A DNA stretch of 64,000 nt from Blastocatellia bacterium (GCA_035652435.1 DASRDU010000081.1:10511-74510); one strand, 5' to 3'; counted from the stretch's first letter, positions 37,901 to 51,323 are shown. Numbers and translations: made by a program. The notes: a model not told the origin generated them from the sequence alone.

Positions 37901-40900
37901 ATGCGCAGAAAATCAATGATGGTCGTGCTGCTGCTGGCGCTCGGCCTGGTCTGGATGCTGCCCATTGAGTGGCGGGCGCTGAGTCTGGGAAAAGCGCAGG
38001 CGTCCACCCTCGGCCGGGCGGCAGCCGGCGCCGGCTGCCAGCAGGGGCAACGCGTCACCGTCCAACTCCGCAGCAGTAGTTATTCGACCAGCATCCAGGG
38101 TAATTCGATTTTCGGCGACGGGGGCTGCCCCACCGGCTCCGCGAGTGGGAGTCCCAACACGCCCACGGTCACTGCGCCTTTCGCTTATGAATGCAAGGAA
38201 GAAAAACTCAGCGGGCAGGCGGTCGTAACTTTTCCCACCGGCGTACTCGCCGGCACGCTGGACGGCAACGGCGACCTCGTCCTCGATACATCCGTGAGAT
38301 TCACCGGCAGAGTCGAGATCACGGGCGAGATCAGCCGCAACATCGGGGGAAGCAACCAGCGCACCCTCGAACTGAGCAGCTTTTACTGTCCTGCGATGCG
38401 CGACAACAAACAAATCTCGCTTGTACCTGCGGTCTGGTCGGCCAGTTACGATTGCAGTCTGAACAAATTGAACCGCCTGTCGAATGGTTCTTATGGCCTC
38501 TCCGGGCTACAGGTCAGGTATTCCGGCGGACGGTTGATCCTGGACTCAGGCATCAGCGCTGAATACGCGCCGGCCAATGCTTCGGGCACGATTACGCTCA
38601 ACTCCACGACGCTCGACTTCAACACCACAATCGGCACCAACCCGGCGGCGAAACCCGTGACGCTCAGCAATACCGGCAGCGGGGCCATGAATTGGCAGGC
38701 GGCGGCCACTACGACGAGCGGCGGCAATTGGCTGACGGTCACGCCGGACTCCGGTTCGCTCAACGCCGGGCAATCAGCGACACTGACGGCGACGGTCAAT
38801 GCGAGTGCGCTGGCGGCGGGGTCCTACAGCGGCTCGGTCACAGTCTCTTCAACCAACGCCAGCAACAGCCCGCGCACGGTGCCAGTCACGCTGACGGTCA
38901 CAGGCTGCGCCGCGGCACTGAGCCTCGGCGCAAACGCGCCGGAAGAACTTCAGGACACGCTCCAAATCGCGGATGCGCAGCCGGGCAATGGCACGCCCAT
39001 TTCAGGCGCGCTGCTCAAGCTCGGCGGCTTGAAAGTCACGGTGCGTTACCTGTTGCAAAGCCGCGACAGCGCCACGCTGGCCGTGCGCCTGTTCGACGAA
39101 GCGGGTAACCAGCGCGGGGACGCGGGCGAGCTTGGCATCGCTCGGCCTATGTCCTGTCCCAATCCGCTGCCCACGCGCGAATTCAACTTTTTGTCCGCCA
39201 GCATTGATTTCACGCCCAACGTCGGCGGTGACGTGCCGACCAGCGTGAAACTCTCGGTGTTGCTGCTCGATCCGGCGACAGGCAGCATTTTCAAACGTGC
39301 CGACCAGACGTACAAAGTCATCCCCGATGTCATCGCCTTTGAAAGCAATCCCACCATCAACGGGAAGGCCGCGCCCGACGCCAGCACGTTCCCTGAAGAT
39401 GGCAGGATCAGGTTCGACTGCGGGCTGCGCTATCACCTGACCAACGACGTGACTGGCAAATTACGGCTGGAAGCCTTTAACTTCACCGGCCAATCCATTG
39501 CGCGCAAGGACTTCGCCGCCACGGTCCCGACCTCCGCACAACCCCTCACGGTGGGCTTCCCGCTCGACTTTGAATTTACGGTGCCGCCCACGGTGTCGCA
39601 GATCACCATTGCGGCGTATTTGCTCGCTGAAAACGGGACGGTACTCAAAATCTCCGTGCCGCTGACCTATCGCAGCAGCGGCTTCGGCATTGCGCTTGGC
39701 ACGGAATCTCCCGCCACGTCACAATTTCTCCCGTTTGGCGACACGCCCACGCTCTCGTCGGGCAGGCCCACAAAAGACAGCTTACCTCTGCCTGGAGGCA
39801 AACGTCTGGCGCTTGGGGTGACGGAGGATTTGGTGAACTTCCCCCCGAATACTTTGGCGGGAATCCTCCTCTCGGCAAGAAGGGTGGATGGCACTTATCT
39901 CAGACAGAACCAGCTATTGGAGAAGCAGGCAGCCGGAAGGCTGCCCCGGCCTTACTATTTCGTCAACCTTCCCATCAAAGTGCCTGACGATGCGGATCAA
40001 TGGGAACTGAAGCTGGTGTTTTTTCCGCCCGGCAAAGACCCGCTCGTTTCAAAACCGCTGCTGCTGAACATAGACCGTGTGCGCATCGTGCCGAACGATT
40101 TCACGCCTGTCCGCAGGACTACTTTGGAGCGCGGCGACAAGCCCAAAACCTTCCGCTACAAGCTTGAATACAACGTCAACCGTCCTGGCGTGAGCAGATT
40201 GTTCGTCGAAATCACTTACAACGCGGTCCTTCCACCCGCTCCCACCAAATTGCTTGAACTGAAGGCGGGCGACCACAGCCCGGCGAATCCGTCCTTCAGA
40301 GAATTTGACGTATCCATTCCTACCAATACCGAGGTGAAATCATTGACTGTGAGTTTTTTTCTGGAGCCAGACCTGAAAGACAGTCTCCGCGCTTTCTCTG
40401 GTGAGAGTATCACATACAGCAACCTTTCCGAGGTAAAGCAAATCTCCGGGGGCGCCACGACAGTTCAGAGCAATCAGGGCGTCACCATGAATGGCGTGCA
40501 AAACCTTGCGGATCGCACATTCACACTGACGCGCCATGCCGCCCAGTTCAAAGGCGCTCTCGACACGTCCAGGCTGTCGCTGACCGAAGCTGAAACAACG
40601 GCTGACGACGCGCCCCATTTCGCATTGCGCTACCCGGAAGCCGCCTCGCTGTTGCGCGATTTCATCGGCGTCAATGCTTACTGGGAATTCAATCCGCCCA
40701 TCCCCGCCGACGGCAGCTTCGCCGCTGACCTGACGTTCAGCTATGACGCCGGAATGCTGCCCGACGATCCGAACTTCAGTGAAGCCGCGCTCAAGGTCGT
40801 CTCTTTCGATTCCGACACCGGGCAACTGGTCAGCTATCCGACTGCGGTCAACCTGGCCGCGAAGACCGCCACGGCGCGCGTCAACTCCCTCGCGCGCTAT

Positions 40901-42970
40901 TACACGCTCGGCGTCTTCGGCCCATTTGCGCAACGCAGCCTGAATTTCCCCGTGCTGCAAAGCAGCGACGATCTCACTACGCGCTTCAACCTGGTGAATG
41001 TGGGCACGGCGGACGCGGCGCTGAGCTTGCGCGCCTACGATGACGCGGGCGCGGATTTGCAGGCGCCCGGCCTGGTCAATCCGCTGCCCGCCACACTGCG
41101 CGCCGTGCGGCTGTTGACAGGTTCGGTCAGCGAGTTGTTCAAATCCACCGCGCCGCTCGCCGGCTGGGTGCAAACGCGCGCCAATCGCAACTTCGTCGCC
41201 GGGTATGAAATGCTCGGCAGCGGCAGCCGGCTCGACGGCCTCAACGCGCCGAGCGGTTACGACAGCGCGCTCATCCTGCCCGAAGCCGTCTGGGACGCGA
41301 CGCAAACGACCGAAGTGCATCTCGCCAACGCCACCAATTTCTCAGGCGTAGTCACGCTCGAATTGCACGACGCCACCGGACGACTGGCGCAGACGGCCGA
41401 AGTCACGCTCGCCCCCAAAGCCCGCTTCGCCGGGCGGCTGCAGGACATCTTCCAGGATCTCGCGCAGCCTTTCACCGGCTACCTGCTGATCCTGAGCGAG
41501 CGCGATCTGGCGGCGGCGGCGGTGCAAGTGTTGGAGAAAGAAATCACGGCACTCAACGCCCAGCCGCTCAACAGCGGCGCGACGAAACTTTTCGCGCCCC
41601 ACTTGCCGCTGGGCGGCCCGATTACGGCGCGGCTCACAGTGGTGAATCCGACGGGACAACCCGCCAGCCTGACGCTGCGGCTGGTAAACGAGCCGGGGGC
41701 GCCCACGACCGCGCCCGTCAATCTCACGCTGGGCGCGGGCCAGCAACTCCAGCGCAACTTCAGCCAGCTTTTCACTCCTGACTCGTCGCCGCTGAGCCGT
41801 TCCACGCTCGTGGTTCAAAGTGACGTGGCAGGGCTGGCGGGCAATGTGACGCTGCTGAATCCATCTGCCGCTATCCCTTTCCGCGCGGCGTTGCCGCTGG
41901 AAAGTGCGCCCGCCAACCTCCTGGTCTTCGCGCATCTCAATACCTCGGTCGGGTTTTTCACGGAACTGGGCATCTTCAATCCGTCGGCGCAACCGGCGCG
42001 CGTGACGCTCGCCTGCTTCAAACCGGACGGCACTGCGTTGGGGCAAACCAGCGTCAACGTACCGGCGGGCACGGTCTTCGGCGACTTCCTGGACAGCCTC
42101 GTGGGCGGCGCGCTCGGGCAAGTCGCAGGCTACTTCACGCTCAGTTCAGATCAACCCATCGTGGCGGGCGCAAGCTTCGGGACAGATGATGGCCAGATGC
42201 TCGCCGCGCTTCCGGGACAGGCTTTCGACCCGGCCGCGTTCACGCGCTCGGCGGTGACGGTTCTGGCGGCAAGTTATAAAGCCGACATCGCGCCCGAAGC
42301 CATCGTCGCCGCGTTCGGCAGCGGGCTGGCGACGAAAGTGGAAGTGGCCGCCGCCGTGCCGCTGCCGACGACGCTGGCGGGCACGACGGTCCGGGTCAGA
42401 GACAGCGCCGGAATCGAACGGCTGGCGCCGTTGTTTTTCGTCTCGGGCGGGCAGGTCAATTACCAGATCCCGCCGGGGACAGCGATCGGAACCGCGACGG
42501 TGACGATCACGAGTGGCGATGGAACTGTCTCGACCGGGGCGATGCAGATTAACGCGGTGGCTCCGGGATTATTCACCGCCGACTCAAGTGGAGGGGGCGT
42601 GGCTGCCGCCTATGCGGTGCGCGTCAAGCCCGGAGGCGCGCAGATTCTTGAGCAGGTCTACCGGTATGACTCGACGCTCAATCCGCCCCGCTTTGTGGCT
42701 GTCCCGCTTGATCCCGGTCCGTCCGGGGAGATAGTGGTGCTGGTGTTGTACGGGACCGGGATTCGCTTCCGCAGTGGTCTCGGGGCGGTGACGGCGATGA
42801 TCGGCGGGGTGAGTACTCAGGTGGATTACGCGGGGCCGGCGCCGGGGTTTGTGGGACTGGATCAGCTCAACCTGATCGTGCCGCGCTCTCTGGCCGGGCG
42901 CGGCGAAGTGGACGTGGTCGTGACCGTTGATGGAAAGGTCGCCAACACGGTCAGGGTGAATATCAGATAG
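37901..42970 (+). CDS. Giant secreted protein G3 (1689 aa): signal peptide, one BACON/Ig-like domain, ~1100 aa without motifs I recognise, C-terminal TIGR03437 module
   Basis: GGAGG lies 9 nt upstream of the ATG. Signal peptide [21 protein letters not shown]. The C-terminal 240 aa are collinear with the G2 C-terminus. Confidence 0.9.
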   Translation: MRRKSMMVVLLLALGLVWMLPIEWRALSLGKAQASTLGRAAAGAGCQQGQRVTVQLRSSSYSTSIQGNSIFGDGGCPTGSASGSPNTPTVTAPFAYECKEEKLSGQAVVTFPTGVLAGTLDGNGDLVLDTSVRFTGRVEITGEISRNIGGSNQRTLELSSFYCPAMRDNKQISLVPAVWSASYDCSLNKLNRLSNGSYGLSGLQVRYSGGRLILDSGISAEYAPANASGTITLNSTTLDFNTTIGTNPAAKPVTLSNTGSGAMNWQAAATTTSGGNWLTVTPDSGSLNAGQSATLTATVNASALAAGSYSGSVTVSSTNASNSPRTVPVTLTVTGCAAALSLGANAPEELQDTLQIADAQPGNGTPISGALLKLGGLKVTVRYLLQSRDSATLAVRLFDEAGNQRGDAGELGIARPMSCPNPLPTREFNFLSASIDFTPNVGGDVPTSVKLSVLLLDPATGSIFKRADQTYKVIPDVIAFESNPTINGKAAPDASTFPEDGRIRFDCGLRYHLTNDVTGKLRLEAFNFTGQSIARKDFAATVPTSAQPLTVGFPLDFEFTVPPTVSQITIAAYLLAENGTVLKISVPLTYRSSGFGIALGTESPATSQFLPFGDTPTLSSGRPTKDSLPLPGGKRLALGVTEDLVNFPPNTLAGILLSARRVDGTYLRQNQLLEKQAAGRLPRPYYFVNLPIKVPDDADQWELKLVFFPPGKDPLVSKPLLLNIDRVRIVPNDFTPVRRTTLERGDKPKTFRYKLEYNVNRPGVSRLFVEITYNAVLPPAPTKLLELKAGDHSPANPSFREFDVSIPTNTEVKSLTVSFFLEPDLKDSLRAFSGESITYSNLSEVKQISGGATTVQSNQGVTMNGVQNLADRTFTLTRHAAQFKGALDTSRLSLTEAETTADDAPHFALRYPEAASLLRDFIGVNAYWEFNPPIPADGSFAADLTFSYDAGMLPDDPNFSEAALKVVSFDSDTGQLVSYPTAVNLAAKTATARVNSLARYYTLGVFGPFAQRSLNFPVLQSSDDLTTRFNLVNVGTADAALSLRAYDDAGADLQAPGLVNPLPATLRAVRLLTGSVSELFKSTAPLAGWVQTRANRNFVAGYEMLGSGSRLDGLNAPSGYDSALILPEAVWDATQTTEVHLANATNFSGVVTLELHDATGRLAQTAEVTLAPKARFAGRLQDIFQDLAQPFTGYLLILSERDLAAAAVQVLEKEITALNAQPLNSGATKLFAPHLPLGGPITARLTVVNPTGQPASLTLRLVNEPGAPTTAPVNLTLGAGQQLQRNFSQLFTPDSSPLSRSTLVVQSDVAGLAGNVTLLNPSAAIPFRAALPLESAPANLLVFAHLNTSVGFFTELGIFNPSAQPARVTLACFKPDGTALGQTSVNVPAGTVFGDFLDSLVGGALGQVAGYFTLSSDQPIVAGASFGTDDGQMLAALPGQAFDPAAFTRSAVTVLAASYKADIAPEAIVAAFGSGLATKVEVAAAVPLPTTLAGTTVRVRDSAGIERLAPLFFVSGGQVNYQIPPGTAIGTATVTITSGDGTVSTGAMQINAVAPGLFTADSSGGGVAAAYAVRVKPGGAQILEQVYRYDSTLNPPRFVAVPLDPGPSGEIVVLVLYGTGIRFRSGLGAVTAMIGGVSTQVDYAGPAPGFVGLDQLNLIVPRSLAGRGEVDVVVTVDGKVANTVRVNIR
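38591..38905 (+). other. BACON/Ig-like domain in G3
   Basis: [97 protein letters not shown]. Confidence 0.55.
42253..42967 (+). other. C-terminal TIGR03437-like module of G3
   Basis: [24 protein letters not shown]...[39 protein letters not shown]...[47 protein letters not shown]. Confidence 0.8.
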
Positions 42971-43113
42971 CTGCCGGGCAGATTCGGCAAGTCGGCATCT
43001 ACAGTTATTGAAGCCCGCAGAAGTATGATCGGCAAAACTGAGAGCGGCCGTTGCGTAAAACCTATGAGGATTTACCTGACCATTGTCACCGACCCTGATC
43101 AGGGGATGGCCGG

Positions 43114-43575
43114 TCAGTTATTCTGCACCGGCTCTTCACCCGGCAATTCCGCAGGAATCGGAGTGATCAGGTGAGCATTGAGCATGATCTGCCCGTTCAG
43201 TTTTTCCACGCGCCCGTAAACTGATGCCCGGCGGACGGGGCTCAGCAGCAGCGCGCGGCGTTGCGCCTTCGGCAATCCGGCGATGGAAACCGTCAGCGCC
43301 TTTTTCGTGCGGGCGTCATACAGGGTGATCCGCTGTCTGACATCAACCGCCACGATTTCTGCGGTCACATTCACGAGTTTGTCCTGATATTCCGCAATCC
43401 GATCGGTGCAGTCTGCTAGTTCCGTTTTCAGATAAGCGGAGCGGTCGTCCGTATGCCGGGCCTTTTCACGGGCCGCCAGGCGAGAGTCTGTAAATTTGCG
43501 AGACGTCTGCGCCGGCGTTAGTGCCGCCAGCGCGCAGAGAGATAAGAGTAAGCAGACGATTTTCATAGTTCTCAT
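43114..43575 (-). CDS. Small secreted hypothetical protein (153 aa)
   Basis: Signal peptide MRTMKIVCLLLSLCALAALTPAQ. No recognisable family. Local GC is lower than in the flanking genes. Confidence 0.55.
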   Translation of the reverse strand: MRTMKIVCLLLSLCALAALTPAQTSRKFTDSRLAAREKARHTDDRSAYLKTELADCTDRIAEYQDKLVNVTAEIVAVDVRQRITLYDARTKKALTVSIAGLPKAQRRALLLSPVRRASVYGRVEKLNGQIMLNAHLITPIPAELPGEEPVQNN

Positions 43576-43787
43576 AATCAGAATTAAAAGGGATGTTCTA
43601 TAAACCAGGATTTATTGCTGCCGCGTGCGGGCAGCGACAAACAAAGCCGCGATACTGGGTCACAATGTTTGCAAAACTGTGATCAGAATGTGGCAGTGGT
43701 CGGATTAATGGAGCCGCTGCGGCCCCGGAAAGGAAGTCCGGAGGTGTCAACGACGGGTTGAAAACTCTGCCGCCTTGTTTCTTCTGA

Positions 43788-45479
<1,692 letters not shown>

Positions 45480-45680
45480 AATCATCTCCCCTGCTTTCGG
45501 TCTGCCTGATCAGCAGCTCACTGCCGACCCGCATTCTGCCTCTCAATCATCCGCTGCGGATAAAGTTTCGGCGGCGCCGTCGTGGGGCCGAAGGTCATCA
45601 TGCCGAGGCACAGCTCGGAAACGAGTAATCCCATGTTGCCCAGTCTGGGGTGTCTCATCGGTTGTTTCCCCGGCAAATCA

Positions 45681-45754
45681 TCCACGAAGGGACACGAAGA
45701 ATCACGAAGGTTTTCTCGCTCTTACTCTCGTGCGGCTTCGTGCCCCTTCGTGGA
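45681..45754. repeat. REP/MITE-like palindromic element in the RND-TolC intercistronic gap
   Basis: Left arm TCCACGAAGGGACACGAAG (45681-99) pairs with right arm CTTCGTGCCCCTTCGTGGA (45736-54) at 18 of 19 positions. CACGAAG occurs three times. Flanked by imperfect direct repeats TTGTTTCCC(C/T)GG at about 45662 and 45756. Confidence 0.6.
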
Positions 45755-45782
45755 TTGTTTCCCTGGATCAGCCCTGACGCAT

Positions 45783-48700
45783 TTATCCGAACAACCCAAG
45801 GAACGACGAAGTCGCCGTTGCCGCTTTCTGCCTCAGCCATTCGCTGGTCCCAGCCAGCCACTCTTTCATCCGCCCCCAGATCGTCGCGTTGATCAGGTCG
45901 TCAAAGAGCGAGTAAGCCACCGGCGTGACGAGCAGCGTCAGCAGCAGGCACAGGCTCTGGCCGCCGATGACCACGACCGACGTGGAGCGGTTGATCCCGG
46001 CGCCCGACCCTTTGCTGATCGCGAGCGGGGCAATCCCTGCGACAAACGCGATCGTCGTCATGAGGATCGGTCGCAGGCGGTCGCGGCTCGCCTGAATGAG
46101 CGCCTCGTGGCGCTCCATGCCTTTTTTGATCAGGCCGTTGGTGTGATCAATCTGGAGGATCGAATTCTTCTTGACCATGCCGAACAGCACGAGCAGCCCG
46201 AGCAGCGTGAACATATTCATTGACTGCTGCGCGACGATCAGCGAAACGAGCGCGAAAGGCAGGCTCAGGGGCAGCGCGAGCAGCACCGTGATCGGGTGCA
46301 GGAACGATTCGAACTGCGCCGCCAGCACGATGTACATAAAAATGAATGAGAGCAGGAACGCGAGCATAAACCCGCGCGCCGTGCGCACCAGCTCCTTGAC
46401 GCTGCCCGCAGGGGCGAGGACGTAGGCCGGCGGCAGTTTCATCTCCTGCATCTCTTTCGTCAGCCGCGCCGTGATGGCGCTCTGCGGCACGCCCGGTCTC
46501 AGGTTGGCGGTGACGAGTACCTGACGCTGGCGCGCGACGCGCTCGATCTGCGTCGGGCCGCTCGCCTCTTCGAGCTTCACCACGCTGTCGAGTCCGACGC
46601 CGCCCAGGCGCGTCGAAGGCACGTTGAGCTGGTTGATGCCGGCCGCCCCGGTGCGGAAGTTTTCCGAGGCGCGCACATGCACTTCGTACTGCTCGCCGCC
46701 CTCGTTGTAAGTCGAGACCTGATCGCCGCCGACGAGCAGGCGCAGGGATTGCGCGACGTCAGAAATGCTGACGCCGAGGTCTGACGCCTTGGCGCGGTCA
46801 ATCCGCGCGCGCAGCTCCGGCTTGCCGACGATCAGCGAAGTGTCGGCGTCCACGATGCCGGGCAGCGCCTTCAGGCGTCTCAACAGCTCCTGCGAATACT
46901 CGTTGAGCTTGTCGAGGTCGGGGCCGCGCAGCTGGTAGGCGATGTCGGTGTTCTGCCGCCCGCCGCCGCTGATGGCCGCGACGACCTGCACCGAGGAGCG
47001 CAGGTCGGGGTATTTCGCGAGGACGCGGTCGCGCGTCATCGTCATGACGTCGAACTGGGTCAGCGTGCGCTCCTCGATCGGCGCGATGCGGACGTAAATC
47101 TTCGCCTCGTTCGTCAGCCGCTGCAGGCTGTCGCCGATGGTCGTGAGCGTGTATTTGACGTGCGGCAACGCGCGGATGCCGGCCGCCACCTTCGCCGCGA
47201 TGTCCCGCGTCGCCTGCACCGAAGTCCCTTCGGGGGCGCGGAACGCGACTTCGTATTCGCTCTGGTCGTCCTTCGGGAAGAAGTCCTTGCCCACTTTCAT
47301 AAAGAGCGGCACGGTCGAGATGAAGACCAGGATCGCCACGACTACAACGACCACGCGGTGGTGCAGTGAGAGCGTGAGCAGCCGCGTGTACCCGCGGTCG
47401 AGCATCCGGAAAAACCATGACTCCTTCGACGAATGCGCGCCCGCGGTCGAGTCCGAACTCAGATCCCACGGGTCTGTGGCTTTCCGCTTCAGTTTGCTGA
47501 ACATCCGCGACGAGAGCATCGGCGTGAGCGTGAAGCTGACGACGAGCGAGACCATGATCGCGAACGCCATCGTCAGCGCCACGCTCTTGAAGAAGCGCCC
47601 CGGGATGCTCTGCATGAAGGCGACCGGCAGGAAGATCACGACGAGCGAGAGCGTCGTCGCCATGACCGCCAGCCCGATCTCGCGCGTCCCCTCGATGGCC
47701 GCCTCGAACGGGCGGTAGCCTTTCTCCTCGATGTAGCGGAAGACGTTTTCCAGCACCACGATCGCGTCGTCAATGACGATGCCCACGGAAAGCGTCAGCC
47801 CCAGCATTGACGGGCCGTTCAGCGTGATCCCGAAATATTCCATGACCGCGAAGGTCGAGATGATCGAAGTCGGGATCGCGATCGCCGAGATGATCGTCGC
47901 GCGCAGGTTGCGCATAAAGAGCAGCACGACTATCGAGGCCAGTATTGACCCAAGGATCAGATGCTCCTTGATCGTATGAAATGAGGCGAGGATGAATTCG
48001 GACTGGTCGCGGACGACTTCGAGCGAGTAGCCGGCGGGGAGCGCCTTCTTCACGTCATTGAGCCGCTCATTGATCGCGTTGATCACGTCAACCGTGTTGG
48101 TGCCCGACTGGCGGCGGATGTTGAGCAGCAGGGCCGGCTTCTCGTTGAGCAGCCCGGCGGTCTCTTCCTCCTCGACGCCGTCCTCGGTGTAGCCGATGTC
48201 GGAGATTTTGATCGGGTAGCCGTTGCGGTTCGAGACGACGATCTGGTTGAACTCTTCCGGGCTTTGCAGCCGCCCGAGCGTACGCAGCGTGAGCGTGCGC
48301 GCGCCCTCTTCGACGCGACCGCCGGGGACTTCCAGATTCTGGGCCTGCAAGGACCGCGACACGTCCGAGACGGTCAGGTTGTAAGCGCGCAGCTTGTTGC
48401 CGTCCAGGTTGACGTTGATCTGGCGCTTGCGCCCGCCGATGATCAGCACCTGGCCGACGCCGTTGACCGACTCGATCTGGCGGCGCAGCACCTTGTCGGC
48501 GTACTCCGACATCTCGCGCACCGAGCGGTTCGACGCGACCGAGAGCGTCATGATCGGCGAGGCGTCGGGGTCGAGTTTCTCGACCGTCGGCAGGTCAATG
48601 TTTTTCGGCAGCAGCGGGATGATCGTGCTGATCTTGTCGCGCACGTCCTGCGCGGCGCTGTCGAGGTTGCGTTCCAGCTCGAAGGTGACGAAGACCAGCG

Positions 48701-48968
48701 AGACGCCTTCGGACGAAGTCGAGCGCAGCTCCTCGATCCCGCTGATCGTGTTGACGCCCTGCTCGATCTTGTCAGTGATTTCAGTCTCGACTTCCGCCGG
48801 GGCCGCGCCGGGCAGCCGCGTCGTGATCGTGACGACCGGGAATTCGACGCGCGGGAAGCGCTCAATCGTCAGCCGGCTGTACGAGAAGAGGCCCAGCACC
48901 ACGAGCGTCATAATCAGCATCGTGGCGAAGACCGGACGGCGGACACAAATCTCAGCTAATTTCTGCAT
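45783..48968 (-). CDS. RND efflux transporter permease (HAE1/AcrB-like)
   Basis: 1061 aa with 12-TM architecture. N-terminus [19 protein letters not shown] and TM4 motif [14 protein letters not shown]. Confidence 0.93.
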   Translation of the reverse strand: MQKLAEICVRRPVFATMLIMTLVVLGLFSYSRLTIERFPRVEFPVVTITTRLPGAAPAEVETEITDKIEQGVNTISGIEELRSTSSEGVSLVFVTFELERNLDSAAQDVRDKISTIIPLLPKNIDLPTVEKLDPDASPIMTLSVASNRSVREMSEYADKVLRRQIESVNGVGQVLIIGGRKRQINVNLDGNKLRAYNLTVSDVSRSLQAQNLEVPGGRVEEGARTLTLRTLGRLQSPEEFNQIVVSNRNGYPIKISDIGYTEDGVEEEETAGLLNEKPALLLNIRRQSGTNTVDVINAINERLNDVKKALPAGYSLEVVRDQSEFILASFHTIKEHLILGSILASIVVLLFMRNLRATIISAIAIPTSIISTFAVMEYFGITLNGPSMLGLTLSVGIVIDDAIVVLENVFRYIEEKGYRPFEAAIEGTREIGLAVMATTLSLVVIFLPVAFMQSIPGRFFKSVALTMAFAIMVSLVVSFTLTPMLSSRMFSKLKRKATDPWDLSSDSTAGAHSSKESWFFRMLDRGYTRLLTLSLHHRVVVVVVAILVFISTVPLFMKVGKDFFPKDDQSEYEVAFRAPEGTSVQATRDIAAKVAAGIRALPHVKYTLTTIGDSLQRLTNEAKIYVRIAPIEERTLTQFDVMTMTRDRVLAKYPDLRSSVQVVAAISGGGRQNTDIAYQLRGPDLDKLNEYSQELLRRLKALPGIVDADTSLIVGKPELRARIDRAKASDLGVSISDVAQSLRLLVGGDQVSTYNEGGEQYEVHVRASENFRTGAAGINQLNVPSTRLGGVGLDSVVKLEEASGPTQIERVARQRQVLVTANLRPGVPQSAITARLTKEMQEMKLPPAYVLAPAGSVKELVRTARGFMLAFLLSFIFMYIVLAAQFESFLHPITVLLALPLSLPFALVSLIVAQQSMNMFTLLGLLVLFGMVKKNSILQIDHTNGLIKKGMERHEALIQASRDRLRPILMTTIAFVAGIAPLAISKGSGAGINRSTSVVVIGGQSLCLLLTLLVTPVAYSLFDDLINATIWGRMKEWLAGTSEWLRQKAATATSSFLGLFG

Positions 48969-49048
48969 AACTCAACCCCAACCCGGGAGCGCACGCGGGG
49001 GCGCGTGCCGGTTTTGCGAATGCTCTCAATCACCCTGCTCAGGCCATC

Positions 49049-49090
49049 GCCGGGAGGCAGGCACGCGCCCCCGCGTGCCTGCCTCCCGGC
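49049..49090. repeat. Perfect 19-bp-stem GC-rich hairpin (loop CCCC) 4 nt downstream of the MFP stop
   Basis: GCCGGGAGGCAGGCACGCG-CCCC-CGCGTGCCTGCCTCCCGGC, read directly. A degenerate inverted copy of the core (GCACGCGGGGGCGCGTGCC) is at 48991-49009. There is no U-run, so this is more likely a REP-like stabiliser or attenuator than an intrinsic terminator. Confidence 0.6.
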
Positions 49091-49093
49091 GAG

Positions 49094-50434
49094 TCAGCGG
49101 CCACTCACAACCAGACTGTCCTGCTGCAGCTTGTCAGTATTGCTGATCGCCACCTTCTCGCCCTCTTTGACGCCTTCAGTGATTTCAATCAGGCTGCCGT
49201 CATTCACGCCCGTTTTCACCAGGCGCTCGACCGCCTTGCCGTTTTCGATCACGAAGACTTTGGTGAGTCCGGCGATCCTGACGACGGCGCTCTGCGGGAC
49301 CATGACGCCCGTGCCGTGCCGCTCGGTGATCAGTTCCGACCTCGCGAACATGCCGGGGCGCAGCAGGTTGTTCGGGTTGGCGACTTCGGCTTCGACGGTC
49401 AGCGCGCGCGTCTTTTCGTCGAGCGACGGGCCAATGCGCACGATTCTGCCAGTGAAGGTGCGATCCGGAAGCGCTTCGGTTTTGAGCGTCATCGTCTGCC
49501 CGACGCGCACGGCGGCGGCTGACGCTTCGGGGATGTCGGCGCGCAGCCTGAGCGGGTTGACCCGCACGAGCGTGACGATCTTGTTGCCGACCGCGACGTA
49601 AGCGCCGCGCGCGACATGCTTTTCCTTGACCGCGCCGCTGATGGGCGAACGGACGACCGTATCGGTGAGCGATTTGCGCGCCAGATTGATCGCGGCGCGC
49701 TGCTGTTCGACCACCGCCAGCTGCTGATTGACCGCATCAACCGCCGCCTGGTAACGCGCCCGCGCGGCGTTGTAGTTGGTGACGGCCAGATCGTAGGCCG
49801 AGCGCGAGATGTCGCCCTTTTCGATGAGGGCGGTCGAGCGGTCCAGATCCATCTTCGTCCAGTCAACCTGAGTCTTCGCCACGCGGACGTCGGAGGCCCG
49901 GTCGGGATCGAACTTTTCGCCGTCCTTCATCCCCAGCCGCGCGAGCGTCTGTTTGAGCGTGGCCTCGGCCTGTTCGAGCCTGAGCTGGGCGTCGCGGTTG
50001 TCAATCTGCGCGATGACCTGACCCTGTTGCACGTAGCTGCCGAAATCCACGTTCAATTTGGCAATCTCGCCGGCGATCTGTGAGGAGACGACCACTTCTT
50101 CGTCAGCCGCGAGCGAGCCGACCACCTCGATGCCGCGCGGCATTTCGCGCGAAATCGCGGCGGCGGTCGTCACTTCGACCGGCTGTGGTTTTGCGGCCTC
50201 GGCAGTAGTAGCTGAGCCGGATGCACTGGCCGCAGCTTTTGCCTCCTTTGCGTTCCGCCGCCCGCCGAAGAGGAAGAGACCGACCGCGACGAGCGCCACC
50301 ACCACGAAGAGCAGCAGCGCGATCCGGCCCGCCCGCGGCGACGACCTGCGTTCGTTGATCCCGGTCGTCTCCGGGCGGGAAGGTTGGGTGTTTCTGAGGT
50401 CGTCGGCTTCGATTAGTGTGCTTCGATCTTTCAT
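49094..50434 (-). CDS. RND efflux periplasmic adaptor (membrane fusion protein, HlyD family)
   Basis: N-terminal TM anchor, alpha-hairpin region ([18 protein letters not shown]...) and beta-barrel motifs ([17 protein letters not shown]). Confidence 0.9.
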   Translation of the reverse strand: MKDRSTLIEADDLRNTQPSRPETTGINERRSSPRAGRIALLLFVVVALVAVGLFLFGGRRNAKEAKAAASASGSATTAEAAKPQPVEVTTAAAISREMPRGIEVVGSLAADEEVVVSSQIAGEIAKLNVDFGSYVQQGQVIAQIDNRDAQLRLEQAEATLKQTLARLGMKDGEKFDPDRASDVRVAKTQVDWTKMDLDRSTALIEKGDISRSAYDLAVTNYNAARARYQAAVDAVNQQLAVVEQQRAAINLARKSLTDTVVRSPISGAVKEKHVARGAYVAVGNKIVTLVRVNPLRLRADIPEASAAAVRVGQTMTLKTEALPDRTFTGRIVRIGPSLDEKTRALTVEAEVANPNNLLRPGMFARSELITERHGTGVMVPQSAVVRIAGLTKVFVIENGKAVERLVKTGVNDGSLIEITEGVKEGEKVAISNTDKLQQDSLVVSGR

Positions 50435-50483
50435 GGTTTCAGGCCACCTGAATGTCAGTCAGTGATGTTGTTCTGCCGGTGAT

Positions 50484-51242
50484 TCAACCAAGCCGCTTTC
50501 TCAGCGCGCGGCGAAAACCACGGCTGCTTCCCCGGAGGTTGGTGAGGCTGCCGAGAAAAAGGTCGGTGAAGCGTTCCGCCGCCTGGCGGTTCGAGATGCG
50601 GAGTTCGTTGGCGGGATGGTCACGTCCATAAAGCTTGTTGGTCTGCGCGTGGTAAATTACCATGCCGAAAAAGGCGCGCGTGGCCGTCAGCGGGTCAACC
50701 CTGCGGAACGCGCCGTCCGCCACCCGCTTCCTGATGTACTCGGCCATGCGGCGATGATGTCGTGAAACCTGATTACGAAAAAAGATGTCCGAGAGTTCGT
50801 GCCCTTCGAGCGCGCTGTAAAAAAGCAGCCGCATGAACGCATCGTCGTGTTCGTGCTTTTCGAGGATGTGAAAAGCGATGGTCTCGAACACCCGGCGGTC
50901 GTCGCCGCGCCGCATCGCCTCCTCGACCTCGACCTCCAGACTCTGCAACTCCTCGGTGCAGGCCTTCTGGTCAATGATCGCCGAATAGAGGTCGTGCTTG
51001 GTCGCGAAGTGGCGGAAGATGATTGCCTCATTCACGCCCGCCGCCAGCGCGATCTCCCGGGTCGTCGTGCCGCGGAAGCCGCGCTGTGAGAAGAGCTGGA
51101 TCGCCACGTCAATGATCTGCTGGCGCCGGTCCTCGCCCGACATGCGCGTGGCGGGCCTGATCTGTTCCTGTCTGGTTGCCATAGTTGATGTTGCCCGGAC
51201 TCCTGTTCCGGTGTTTCCCGCCGGGACTGTTCCGGCGGTCAT
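50484..51242 (-). CDS. TetR/AcrR-family transcriptional regulator
   Basis: HTH region [48 protein letters not shown]. The start is uncertain: ATGs at 51242, 51182 and 51143. Confidence 0.88.
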   Translation of the reverse strand: MTAGTVPAGNTGTGVRATSTMATRQEQIRPATRMSGEDRRQQIIDVAIQLFSQRGFRGTTTREIALAAGVNEAIIFRHFATKHDLYSAIIDQKACTEELQSLEVEVEEAMRRGDDRRVFETIAFHILEKHEHDDAFMRLLFYSALEGHELSDIFFRNQVSRHHRRMAEYIRKRVADGAFRRVDPLTATRAFFGMVIYHAQTNKLYGRDHPANELRISNRQAAERFTDLFLGSLTNLRGSSRGFRRALRKRLG

Positions 51243-51272
51243 CGGGGAAGTGGAACGTCCGCCGGGTCGTTT

Positions 51273-51292
51273 GTAAGTAAGTGCCTACTTAC
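51273..51292. promoter_or_regulatory. Palindromic operator candidate O1: GTAAGTA-N6-TACTTAC
   Basis: Read directly. Lies just upstream of the tetR start in the tetR / DUF3857 divergent region. Shares TTGTAAGTA...ACTTACCA with O2. Confidence 0.5.
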
Positions 51293-51323
51293 CACAGGGC
51301 GCGGGCCGGACGCAAGGGGACTT

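Noticed and set aside
51274-51281. The 8-mer TCGTTTGT is shared between the giant-gene cis element (17731-17738, within copy 3 only) and the tetR operator region (51267-51274 area).
   Set aside because: It is too short to distinguish from chance in 64 kb. The surrounding sequence and the repeat architecture differ (direct half-sites versus a palindrome).
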